Assembly: GCA_002189035.1 (NCBI GenBank)
Contig: CM007989.1
Coordinates: forward strand, 1,364,001 to 1,428,000
Source: Utricularia gibba
Taxonomy: Eukaryota; Plantae; Magnoliophyta
Direction: 5' to 3'
DNA length: 64,000 bases
Positions 39,256 to 50,368 of the stretch are shown piece after piece. The translations under genes were made by a program, and so were the position numbers. Each line of letters opens with the position of its first letter. Positions within the stretch are counted from its first letter, which is position 1. A model generated the notes under the pieces. It saw only the letters and a program-made list of their open reading frames with translations. It was not told the DNA's origin and did no database searches.

Positions 39256-41549
39256 CTACTTCTTTCTCCTTGATGCTACTTCCAGTGCCCAAGATTTTCC
39301 AAGTTCAGTTTGAAACTTGCCTACATGATTAATTGATGCAAGTGAACGATTCGAGGACGAAGTTTATGAAGAAAACTAGCAGGGTATTAACCTGCGGTCG
39401 ACACGAAAAACTCCTCTAAGTCCTTCCCCTGATCTGCAAAAGAGTAAAGAATGTGAGTCAGTTTCTAAGACATTGATCCAACTGTTGGGGAAAATGAGGA
39501 GGCTTCGGTAAACATAATGATTAGATGATCGGCTAGGTTTGGGTCCCCAAACTCAGGTCAAGGAATAAGCAGACTCAGATTTGGCATATCAATGCAACAA
39601 CGGAGGATAGGTCCAAAGAGCAGGATTCCATTCCCCATCCATCAAAGAAAAGGTTAAAAAAGACAGATGGATAGGATCACAATGTAGTATAAGGATACGA
39701 TGTAAGGTCTAGAATTTGAAGGATTGGGTCTCACCAATTCGACTGGAAAACTATTTATACAAATGAAAGTGACCGACTTTGACTCATTCCTGCCTGTCCC
39801 ATGGTCCCCATTTATTGGTTGAGTGTTATCATGAAGAAAACAACATATTCCTGGGGCTATGGAGCTATAAACGGCCAGGACAATAAGTGTCCATGCAATC
39901 GATGGGAGAAGACATTCATAATAGTGCATTTGTAAGCATTCACACCATGATGAGGAAATAGATGAAGTTCACTGCATCATGGCACAATGAAACATGAAGA
40001 GGTGAAATAGGTACGCCACAGCTGGATAAAGGCGATCAGAGAGTACCAACAATGAATCACGTGGTGCGGATGCTTTGGATTTGATCAAAGGTGATTGTGG
40101 TTTTTACTGTAGCGGGTGAGAAAATGACTGACACTAAGAGCTTTAGGCTATAGAAAACAGACTTTGGGGGTAAAGGTGCTTGGAGGTGACAACAGGCCCA
40201 CTAATTGCAAATGCCTGATGTTGCATAGTGAATGCGATTAATCATGGAATTCTATATCATTGGTAGAGAGACGTCCAGACACCATCAAATTCTCTCAAGA
40301 ATAAATTGGTAACCAAATAAAGATTGTTGCAGTAACTTACCTTTTCATACTCTAGGGCTTGAAGTATCATCTCCACCTGCAATGCCACAGAAGCAGTTAA
40401 ACACGCACTTAAAAGATCATCTAGAGTCTGCTTCAGATCCAAGTATCATTCGGGATCCATTCAATTCAATGGCAATTTGTACCTTATCAAAGTCCTTCAC
40501 AAGTTTAGCTTCTACCGAAGAATTCTCCTCGTACTCTAACCACAACTCACTTATTTCTTTAGCTGCAGAAGATCGATTGTGATCAATCAAACATTTATAT
40601 AATAATACAACCTAAACAGGCATAGCACAGAAAATGTTTAAAACACCAAAATACCTCGTGCCCCACCACCAAGTAGCTCGCACATGCTATCTAATGCTTC
40701 TCGCTCACGACGACTCTTTTCCTCCTTTGGAATCCCATCAGATGGAGTAATATCGCCAATAATAGCTATCCAAATAAAAAGAAGAGCAGCGCAGGATTAG
40801 CAACATAAAGCCCCTCCCACTTCACTCCGCATGGAAATGAAGCATAACCTTCTTCCATTCCGACACATAAAAGAATGCATGAGTGGGCAGCAGTCACTCA
40901 CCTTCAGCAATATCATGCACAATTGCCATTTTTATACACCTAGATTGCAGAATTTACTCAATTACATCTGCATTTTGTTCTCCTTATTCAAGCAGAATAG
41001 GAAAAAAAAAAAGACTCACTTGTCACGGTTCACGCCAGGAATATCAGAAGCTACGAGGGCCATTAACCCATTCGATACATGTGGTCAGCTATAGATTCAG
41101 GTTCCTGAACGCCTCTCCGCACCCACCCAGCTCTCTTTGTCGTCTATAAATTTTCATACACAAGGATAAATAGACCTCCTTTTCAAAAGGGCAATCCAAT
41201 TATAAACTTCATCACTACATTTTACCACCCAAAAATAAAATTCCATCCAAATTCACCAATGCAATACATTTTCGACTCCCTCCCGAGTCTCATCGCCCTA
41301 CTGAAAATCCAAAGCCCCATCACACATCCAAACGAGCGGAAATACCTTAAGCCGGTGGCAGAGAGTGAGAAAATCAATGGCCGACGATGGGGGAGTTGAT
41401 GAAGACGACGAAAGTGACTCCGCCGCCATCCTCAAACCCCTCGACGCGTATGCCGCGGCGCGAATCGGCACCAGCCCGAACTGAGTTGAAGTGTGAGAAG
41501 GCGAGAACAAAGTTTTTGTTACGCTTATCAACAATACTCTTCCCCCCAT
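39256..41549 (-). CDS. HDDC2: HD-domain protein 2 (HDDC2-type 5'-deoxynucleotidase) with putative organellar transit peptide (one apparent frameshift at about 41067)
   Basis: [116 protein letters not shown]. Confidence 0.93.
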
Positions 41550-42264
41550 TTCGCGGCCAAGAGTAGTGCATTTCTTTCCCTCCATTTCTAACCTTTCTTC
41601 CTCCAAGCAATCTATTGGGCCTACGCGTTAATCCGGCCCATAATTTGAACTCCAATTTAACACATCCCACATACCCGGGCTCCTCAACAAGGCCCAAATG
41701 CAACCAACATGAAAAATCAACTATATTAATTTATTTTTTACATTTTATATTATTTAATAATTTTTCTTTATTGCACGATTATGTGGATTTATCCATCATC
41801 TTATGTAGCGTGGAGACCCTGATCCATATTGCACTTTTATTTAATAGATCTCCAAATTAAATCCGATGCTATAAAATTAATGCAAATAATTGCCTTCTAC
41901 CAAGTGCCCAACCAGACCATAGTTTCATACCTTGTTCTATGACTTGGGCCCCACAAAAAAGAAAAAGGATTAAATAATTCACAAAAGCTTTTCATAAAAT
42001 AAAATAAAATATTCAAGTGGCAAAAGTCTGAGGATTCACCCAGCTGGAATGGATAAGGAAATACAAAGGGAGTGTCCGAGTGTCGGCCCCGCGATGGTCA
42101 AAATTGGGAAAGGGGGGCGGTGGGATTGTATATAATTATTTTCCAAATTTATATACATGATAATATTTGCTAAATTACATCTCTATCTAATAACTTGTAT
42201 ACAAAAGTGTGAACGGTAAATAAAAACACGAGTTATCATAATCGATAAAATAACTCTCAATTAT

Positions 42265-42576
42265 TTTTTTATAAAAATTCAAAATAATCAATTTATTTTA
42301 AAGATGATCGATCAATCATATTTATAAGTTATCAATATATAAAGATACAAGAGTAAATATATTTAATGGATTAAATTGATTTGAATGGATAAATATTCTA
42401 TTGAATATTATAAAAAAATTATATAAACACATGTACCGTACATATATTATATTTATATTTAAATATATCTAGTTTTATTTTATTTTTAAAAATAAAAATT
42501 TATTAAAGATAAAAGGTTTTGATTTTTTTATTTCTCTTTTTTATAAAAATTCAAAATAATCAATTTATTTTAAAAG
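42265..42576. repeat. About 40-bp direct repeat pair in AT-rich intergenic DNA
   Basis: TTTTTTATAAAAATTCAAAATAATCAATTTATTTTAAA at about 42265 and about 42537. Confidence 0.7.
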
Positions 42577-43518
42577 CGACCAAGCATATTTATTATTTCG
42601 GTTATTTCTATATAGTTACATAATCCTTGTGATCACATCCTATGGAAGTCAATGAAGTATGTCTATGGCCTCAAATTTGTATGATATATGTGAAATATAT
42701 ATATAGATGCATAGATTGGAATATGGGGGGTGTAAATAATTGGGGGGCATAGGGACACCTACGTAACTACTCCTAAGTCCTAGTGAGAGTCTGTTGCACT
42801 TTGATTGGTTTAAAATAATTCAACTTAGAGATATGATGACATCCTCCCAACTCCCTACGTGACACGGCGTATCTTGCATCGACACTACTCCAATCATTCA
42901 CTCGGGACTCGCCTCCAGAGTAACAAATGTCACCGTCATAGTTAACCCACACACGAAGACATCTCGTGATCACAATTAATCACCAATGATTGTTGTTCTG
43001 TAGAGTTTCTCAAATCAAATGCATAGTAAATTTAAGAATTCATTTTTTAATTATTACCCATTATAATGGAATAGATGGCAGGAATAAAAATAGTCACACA
43101 ATTCCAAGAACATTCGTTTTCAATATTATATGTTTTTATGATCCAATTATCACGATTATACATTCTTATCTTTCATGAAAAAGATCTAATTTAATTAATA
43201 TGAGATAACTTCATTAGATCTATGATCTTATATTACGTAAAAGAAAATAACATAAAATTATGAATGTTAAATATACAAAATTTAAAATATCATTGTAATA
43301 ATATGATAATTATATTTGATTATAAAATATTTTTAAATTTATGAATAAAAAATTGATTTTGAAACGTTTTTTTTTTAATATAAATGGTTGTAAGCGAGGC
43401 CGGTGTCGTTGAAGAGTCTACTTCTATTTTCCCCCTTTTTATTTTTAACAATTTTTTGTAACACAAAAAGGGGGAAATGGAATAAAATTAAAATACACAA
43501 TTTTTTTATCTGATAATT

Positions 43519-44823
43519 TCATACAGCTCGGCGGTGGTTGTACCCATAGTACGATAGGTACCACTTGACGAACTTCTTCAGCCCCGTCGTCAAGTCGGTC
43601 CCCGGTTTATACCCCAATTCCGTACGTGCTGCCGTGATATTCGCGTGTGTGAACGGCACATCGCCGTTCCCCGGCATATCCACAAAATTCCTCTTCGCCT
43701 TCAGCTTCAAATGCTTCTCAAGGATGGCCACCATCATCGGCACCGTCACCGGCGACGTATTCCCTAAATTGAAGATCCGATACTGGGCTGGCCGCCGTTT
43801 CTTTCCGCCGGAGCCCGTGCTTTTCTCCGCGGTATCCAGCGAGGCTACGCACCCTTTCACGATGTCGTCGATGTAAGTGAAGTCCCTCGCCAATTCCACA
43901 TGATTCTTCCCTCTGTAGATCGTAATCGCCTTCCCCTGCATAATATTCCTCGTGAAAGAGAAATACGCCATATCCGGTCGTCCCCACGGTCCGTAAACTG
44001 TGAAGAATCGCAACCCGGTGATCGACAATCCGTAGATATGGTTATACGTATGGGTAATCTCCTCGCCGGCCTTCTTCGTGGCGGCGTAGAGGGACGCCGG
44101 TTGGTCTGTCCGATCGGATTCCGAGAACGGTGCTTTCTCGTTCAAGCCGTAGACAGAGCTCGAGCTTGCCCAAACCACCGCCGGCTGCGGATCGGCGGTT
44201 TTACAGATCTCCAGAAGCGTCACCAGACCGGCAATGTTGCTGTGGACATAAGAATGGGGATTTTCCATTGCGTACCGTACGCCTGCCTGGGCCGCCAAGT
44301 GCATAACGTGAGTAAATTGCCCTAATTCGAAAAGCTTCGTCAACAATCGAGCGTCGTTGATATCGCCCTCCACGACGAAGATCTTTCTGGAATTGAGAAT
44401 CTTACGCCGCGCGCGTTTCAGTGACGGGTCGTAGTAGCTATTGAAGTTATCAATTCCGACGACCCCATCTCCGCGTTTTTTCAACGCCAGCGAAACGTGC
44501 GTGCCGACGAATCCGGCGGCGCCAGTTACCAATACGGAAAATCCATTGTCACGGTGGATCTGAGCGGAGGCGAGTACCTGTCTCTCCCATTGGATTCCCC
44601 CCCAGGCGGTGGTGAAATACCTGCTACCGGAATCGACGAACGATTGAAAACTGACATACGCCGCCGTGAGGGCGACAAGGAAGAGTGCCCATAGGAACAT
44701 CGTGCTCGTGGAGGCGAAGCAGCGGTGTAGATGTCGGTTAATTGAAGTGGATCTATCTTTGAACTTCCCCGGCGTGGAGGGGAGAAAGAGCTCCTCCTCA
44801 GCCGCCGCCGCCGACGACCGCAT
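43519..44823 (-). CDS. GAE1: UDP-D-glucuronate 4-epimerase 1, intronless
   Basis: PSTPGKFK, HRCFASTSTMFLWALFLVALTAAYVSFQSFVDSGSRY, Rossmann motif VLVTGAAGFVG, catalytic YAATK, FFTVYGPWGRPDMAYF. Confidence 0.96.
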   Translation of the reverse strand: MRSSAAAAEEELFLPSTPGKFKDRSTSINRHLHRCFASTSTMFLWALFLVALTAAYVSFQSFVDSGSRYFTTAWGGIQWERQVLASAQIHRDNGFSVLVTGAAGFVGTHVSLALKKRGDGVVGIDNFNSYYDPSLKRARRKILNSRKIFVVEGDINDARLLTKLFELGQFTHVMHLAAQAGVRYAMENPHSYVHSNIAGLVTLLEICKTADPQPAVVWASSSSVYGLNEKAPFSESDRTDQPASLYAATKKAGEEITHTYNHIYGLSITGLRFFTVYGPWGRPDMAYFSFTRNIMQGKAITIYRGKNHVELARDFTYIDDIVKGCVASLDTAEKSTGSGGKKRRPAQYRIFNLGNTSPVTVPMMVAILEKHLKLKAKRNFVDMPGNGDVPFTHANITAARTELGYKPGTDLTTGLKKFVKWYLSYYGYNHRRAV

Positions 44824-45329
44824 TTTTCGCCGATGGAAAAGCTCCGATTGGGAAGAAAAGCAGTTGCGAAGGAACGAAGAAAGCGCACCTGCTAAGGAAA
44901 GAGAAGGGGGGCAATTATAAATAAATGGAGGGGGGCCATAGAAAGCGCGTGCGTAGCCAACGCGCTGGATCACAAAAATAGAAAAATCGGGTAACGAGAG
45001 GAGCATTCTATAATTTCCCAAAATTAATTAATTGTTTTAAAAATATATATATGGCTTGGGCTTCGAAAAGTGGGCCTGGACACCGAGTTGAAGAGAAGAG
45101 GCATTTCGCGTTAGGAGATAGGGTGCCCACGGTAAGACTTTTTCTACAACCTGTTGTTTCAGTTGCCCATAACCTGTTTGAGAATATGCGCGTCTGAATT
45201 TTCCTAACCTGTTTGTTACTTGGTGTCGCCCTCTTGAATGGGGCACTTTAGAAGTGGACTGTTATTTTCAAGGTCCACGGGAGTAGCTGAAAGTTCGTTG
45301 CTGCTTCGTGGTTAATCAAAATCAAAGCC

Positions 45330-46820
45330 ATGAGCATCACATGGCCGAGGGTTCTGACGCCGACCCATCTCTCGAAGCTAATGCGCACACAGAAAAACCC
45401 ATTGAAGGCTCTGGACATCTTCAATGAAGCTAAAGTTAAGTACCCTAATTACCGCCACAATAGTTTGGTTTACAGTACCATGATCAAGGCATTGGGAAGC
45501 TGTGGTAGAGTGGCTGAGGTGAAAGAGGTACTCAGAATGATGAAAGAAGACCCGTGTCAGTGTTATGGTTCGGTATTCGTTGAAGCTATAAGGAGTTACG
45601 CGAGGGCTGGTTTATTGGATGAAGGGATATTGCTATTCAATAGTTTACCTGAGTTTAATTGTGTGAATTTCACTGAACCGTTCAATGCTCTTCTTGAGAT
45701 TATGTTGGAGGAGTCCAAATTAGAACTTTGTCATCGTTTTATTCTGGAGAATTTTCATCGTTGCGAGATAAAGTCCAGGCTTCGTTCCTTTAATGTGTTG
45801 ATGGATGCACTTTGTGGGATAAACAGATCTGACCTTGCGTTGCAGGTTTTTCGAGAAATGAGTTACCAATGGTGCTACCCTGAGAGGAAAAGTTTCAAGA
45901 TTTTAATGAAGGGGTTGTGTAAAGATGGAAATTTTACAGAGGCTGTTGATCTGTTGAACACAATGATCAGTAACAAGAGTTGTGTTGCTGACATATCCGT
46001 GTACAGAATTCTGCTTGAGGCTCTGTATGAAAAAGGTAACGTAGATGAGGCTCTGGAATTGCTTGAAACTGTATTGAGAAGGGGTGTGAAGGCTCCAAAA
46101 AGGTACTTCAGGGGCTTAGATTTGCACTTCAAACAAGTTGCAAGTGTTGAGCAGGCAAAGGCTTTGATTAATGAGCTGTTGGTCAGAGGCTCAACGCTGA
46201 GTTCAGATAGTTACGAGGCCATGATTGTTGACCTTTACAACGAAGGAAGGATTAATGAGAGTGGTTGGCTAATCAAGGAAATGCACAAGAAAGGCTTCAA
46301 AGCATCCTCTCCAATCTATGAAGCCAAAACAGCAGCACTCTTTACATCCGGTGAGGTTGAGGCGGCAATGGATGTTGTTGAACGGGAAATGATCGAAAAT
46401 GGATGCCTTCCGACTCTGAGGCTCCATAAAATTGTCATTAAAGGACTCTGCGATACAAGACATGTTCCTCGAGCATTAGATCATCTTGAGAGGATGTCTA
46501 AACCGCTTGGTTGCGTCCCTGACAAAGAAACATACAAATACATTGTTGATGGACTCTGTTGTGATGGTAAGTACATGGAAGCCAGTGAAATTCTAGAAAA
46601 GATGCTAAGGAAAACCTTATGGCCTGAAGATGAAATGTACACGAAAGTTATACACGGTTTATGTCATACACAAAGGCCACATATAGCCGCGATGTGGCTA
46701 GAGGAGATGATTAGTCAAGCTAAAGTCCCACCAGTTTCAGTGTGGAGTTCTTTGGTATCTGCTGTTTGTGACAACAACTTTACTCCAAACAAGATTTTCA
46801 TGGCTGCACTCACAGGGTGA
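45330..46820 (+). CDS. P-class pentatricopeptide repeat protein (resembles At1g05600 as I recall it)
   Basis: 496-aa intronless ORF starting MSITWPRVLTP, with tandem 35-aa motifs such as VYSTMIKALGSCG, SFKILMKGLCKDG, TYKYIVDGLCCDGKYMEASEILEKM. Confidence 0.92.
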   Translation: MSITWPRVLTPTHLSKLMRTQKNPLKALDIFNEAKVKYPNYRHNSLVYSTMIKALGSCGRVAEVKEVLRMMKEDPCQCYGSVFVEAIRSYARAGLLDEGILLFNSLPEFNCVNFTEPFNALLEIMLEESKLELCHRFILENFHRCEIKSRLRSFNVLMDALCGINRSDLALQVFREMSYQWCYPERKSFKILMKGLCKDGNFTEAVDLLNTMISNKSCVADISVYRILLEALYEKGNVDEALELLETVLRRGVKAPKRYFRGLDLHFKQVASVEQAKALINELLVRGSTLSSDSYEAMIVDLYNEGRINESGWLIKEMHKKGFKASSPIYEAKTAALFTSGEVEAAMDVVEREMIENGCLPTLRLHKIVIKGLCDTRHVPRALDHLERMSKPLGCVPDKETYKYIVDGLCCDGKYMEASEILEKMLRKTLWPEDEMYTKVIHGLCHTQRPHIAAMWLEEMISQAKVPPVSVWSSLVSAVCDNNFTPNKIFMAALTG

Positions 46821-47299
46821 CAAGCTTGCAAAGTTGCTTGTCTTCTTGATTTTGGAGGTTGGACCCTTCTGACGATACCTCTAGTTCAAGCGTTTGTCAC
46901 ATGTTTCCTGCTAATCATACTTTCAGCCAACCCGTAAACGCTGGAACCGAGCCATCACCAGAGAGGACCACCCTGAGTAAATTGGTTTCGCCTGAAAGAT
47001 GAAGGTGGAGACTTTATAGACAATGATGTTGCCATTTCTATGTGCTTGACGTTTATATGGATTTGCTGGTATTGATACATCACATGCTGGTAGGGGCTAC
47101 CGGCAGAAATTGTCTTGACAACCAGTACGACGAGTTCGCCACGTAATACGCCGGAAATTTCCTTCAAAACCTAAAGAAGTAGACTTTTACGAACCCCACT
47201 GACGTCTTTGAATTCTCCACAGATTTGTGATCTTGCTTACTTGAATCAGTTTTCGTAACCGGTGGTCTCCTTTGTTCCGTTTCTTGAATCTGAGGAAAA

Positions 47300-48545
47300 A
47301 TGGTGCGATGCAGCAACAACTTACTGGGGATACTCAACATTGTCACTCTCCTACTCTCGATTCCCATAATTGGAGGCGGGATATGGCTGTCACGGCAGGC
47401 GAACACCGAATGCGAGCGGTTTCTCCAGTGGCCGGTTATTGCTCTGGGGGTCTTTATTCTCATAGTTTCCATCGCTGGGATCGTGGGTTCATTTGGTAGA
47501 GTCAGTTGGCTTCTCTGGCTCTACGTACTGGTGATGTTCTTGTTGATTTTGTTGCTTATCTGCTTCACCATCTTCGCGTTTGTGGTCACGAATAGGGGAG
47601 CGGGGCAAGCGATTTCGGGAAGGGGGTATAAGGAGTACAGGCTAGGAGATTACTCCAATTGGTTGCAGAGAAGGGTTAATGAGAATTGGGGAAGAATTAG
47701 TAGTTGTTTGGAGCAGAGTAGGATATGCCAGAGTCTTGTTAATGCTGGATCAACACCGATTGAACAATTCTACACCTCACACCTCACTGCACTTCAGGTA
47801 TACAGATGGATCAAAGGTGGCTAAATCTTTATCATCTGGTTGAACTTTGAGATTTTCATTGTTGGTGGGTTTTTGTTGTGGAAAGGTTTTATGTTGTTTA
47901 CCCTTTGATGAGTTGTTGACGATCCCCTGGGGTTCAGGTAGCTGCTTCTTTGATCTCAATTATTGAGCAATGGTCACGTGTCTAGTGATAAAAGGAAAGC
48001 GATATGCTTTTTTTTTTCTACAATCTTTTGCTTCTTTTGTAAAGTTGATTGCTCTTTTTTGTGCTTCTTCGAATTATAAAGGTAGTTGCTGAATTTCAAG
48101 ATATGGATAATGCTTTCCAGCATGAAAGTACCTGCATTTACACTCTGGTGTTATGTCCTCCATACTTTCTATCATGTTTCTCATTGTTCTTTATGGTTTT
48201 CAGTCTGGATGTTGTAAGCCACCTGAAACTTGCGGCTTCACCTACGTGAGCCCGACCAACTGGACTCCCCCACAATTCTCCAACTCGACAAATCCTGATT
48301 GCACCACATGGAGAAATGACCCGGGCTTTCTCTGCTATGCCTGCAACTCGTGCAAGGCAGGTCTGCTGGATAACATCAAGAGTGACTGGAAGAGGGTCGC
48401 TGTTATCAACATCGTCTTCCTCGTCTTCCTCATCATCGTCTACTCAGTCGGCTGCTGCGCTTTCAGGAACAACAGGGAGGACAATGCATGGAAGAGTAGG
48501 TACCTTGAGGACCATACACACACACACACCCACCCATTCAGATGA
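47300..48545 (+). CDS. Tetraspanin (TET8/TET7/TET9 clade), 2 exons
   Basis: Exon 47300-47797 [13 protein letters not shown]...[20 protein letters not shown]; exon from 48204 SGCCKPP (plant tetraspanin GCCK/RP motif)...[10 protein letters not shown]...WKRVAVINI. The true stop may be at 48508 if one C is missing (RYP*). Confidence 0.93.
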
Positions 48546-50035
48546 CTGATTCATGTGCCTTGAAACTGTGTTCGTCCACTTGTATAGCTTGTTGTTGGCC
48601 TTTGCTTTGTGTTTAGACATACACATGGTATGTGATTCGCACTTAGCACAAATGGACAAGTAATAAACCAATTCACCATTCTCTCAAATTCTCCATTTAT
48701 TGACAGCCCTGTTCTTTTTTGCTTAAATGCCACAGTCAATAAAATCACATTACTGCTTTGTTTCTGTGTCTTTAGTAATATTATTTGCCTTCACCGCCAT
48801 GGCTGCTGCTGCATCTCTGTTTGGATGGCCATCGGAGGTACATTACTGTATTTGAGGTTACTATCCTTCACATTCTATGCACTTGCCCTGTGTTCTCCAC
48901 ATGGGAGCCTGCACATTTCCAGTCTCTTTGTGTTGGTGTTCTTACACAAACATGCTGTACCTCAAGACATGGATACAGGGAAAATGGACAAATCCAGGGA
49001 AAATGGAGTCCTATTGTGTCTTTTGCCCCCGCCGGGGCTCACTTCCACCAGTTCGTGGTTTCATCAACGCAGGCGGCTGCCGGAGGATGTTCAACGGCTA
49101 GGATGCTGCCACGTGAACCTAAATAAATCCACAGTTAACAATTATGATATTCATTATTTCCACTCATGAGTAGTCAACTCTTTCAAAATTAATGTCGTGG
49201 ATGGTATCGTTTAGAAAATCATTTTTTAATAAGTTTTTTAAAAAATTAAAAGATATGATTTTTAACTTATTAGATTAAATTTTTTTTAAAAAAATTGATC
49301 TTATTTAAAACATCTTATGATTATAGAAGTGAGCAGACTAATTACTTTAAAATAAAGGATATACTCAAATATTTGAAAATCCATTGAACTCATCAAACTA
49401 ATTACTTTTTCATTTTTTATGATTGATATTATAAAAAATAATTTTAAAAAAATAAAAGCATATAAGTTATTTAATTTTAAAACACACCATCACACTGCAC
49501 GAGGGTATTGATTTTTCTGAGGGAAGAAATAGATTAAATTGTTTTTATTATTTATTATTGGGGGTTCGTGGAGTGTAGTCACATCGGAATTTGAATAGGG
49601 GGAAATCGGAATTGGAGTTCCTTTTGAATTTGCATTTGCAGGCTGCAGAGGCACAGTGCAGGGGCAGTTGCAGGGGGCAGAAGAGCCCCAGCAGCAAGAA
49701 GTAAATGCAAACAATGAATGCGGAGTCAGGCGAGTAGGAGCACTCCGACTCGGACCGGATACCGGGACTCGAACCCGGTCCAAACACCGCCCAATTCTCT
49801 CAAACCCTACTCGTTTCTGCGTTTAGCACACATTTAACTCCGAAATAAAATCCTAATTGGTGAAATTAATATCATTTTAGGGCCATGTTAGTGCATGAAT
49901 ATGATGTACGGCCTAGGGTTTAGGGGCATGTACTACAAAGACAGCTGCTATACGTTGAATTTCACACGCAAAAGGCTGAAAAAATATTAGAATTATTCTA
50001 AAAAAAGGACAAAAAAAAACCAGCGTCCGTCTCTC

Positions 50036-50042
50036 TATAAAT
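50036..50042 (+). promoter_or_regulatory. TATA box of TAS3
   Basis: TATAAAT 42 nt upstream of the TAS3 uORF ATG. Confidence 0.75.
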
Positions 50043-50083
50043 GCTCCTCATTTGTTCTTCGGTTTCCTTATCACTCGTCTTCC

Positions 50084-50206
50084 ATGGAGCACCGCCACCC
50101 TGACTCCCCGGCGCCGGAGCGTGTGCCGGAAGATGATGTCATTCGACTGCCGCCGGAGACTGCATCCAAGACGGAGATTGGTATACTGCGGTGCTATCCT
50201 CATTGA
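50084..50206 (+). CDS. 40-aa TAS3 upstream short ORF
   Basis: MEHRHPDSPAPERVPEDDVIRLPPETASKTEIGILRCYPH*. Good start context (tccATGG). Stop TGA 50204-50206 lies inside the 5' miR390 site. Confidence 0.6.
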   Translation: MEHRHPDSPAPERVPEDDVIRLPPETASKTEIGILRCYPH

Positions 50207-50210
50207 GCTT
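50190..50210 (+). promoter_or_regulatory. 5' miR390 site (central mismatches, non-cleavable type)
   Basis: Versus the perfect complement GGCGCTATCCCTCCTGAGCTT: mismatches at miRNA positions 9 and 10, G:U at 8, 11 and 19. Confidence 0.9.
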
Positions 50211-50231
50211 ATTCTTTTTTTTTATTTTATT

Positions 50232-50252
50232 TTCTTGACCTTGCAAGACTTT
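50232..50252 (+). ncRNA. tasiR-ARF (targets ARF2/3/4)
   Basis: TTCTTGACCTTGCAAGACTTT matches the conserved tasiARF core TTCTTGACCTTG(T/C)AAGAC. Confidence 0.92.
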
Positions 50253-50347
50253 AAACGCACGTACTCTCATTTCATGTGCGTTTGTGATGTCTTGTTAGGT
50301 TTTTGTGTATATTTTTATCCTGTTCAAACCTCCCAACTTCTCCATTC

Positions 50348-50368
50348 TCGTCTATTCCTTCTGAGCTT
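50348..50368 (+). promoter_or_regulatory. 3' miR390 site (cleavable type)
   Basis: Positions 1-17 paired (G:U at 9 and 13), 10/11 Watson-Crick, 18-21 unpaired. Predicted cut between 50358 and 50359. Confidence 0.9.

Noticed and set aside
40030-40085. Kinase C-terminus-like peptide RVPTMNHVVRML inside the HDDC2 intron
   Set aside because: Too short, with no other kinase subdomain in frame.
49646-49660. Partial miR408 complement AGAGGCACAGTGCA
   Set aside because: The 2-nt insert falls in the seed-pairing region and the rest pairs poorly; does not fit mimic rules.
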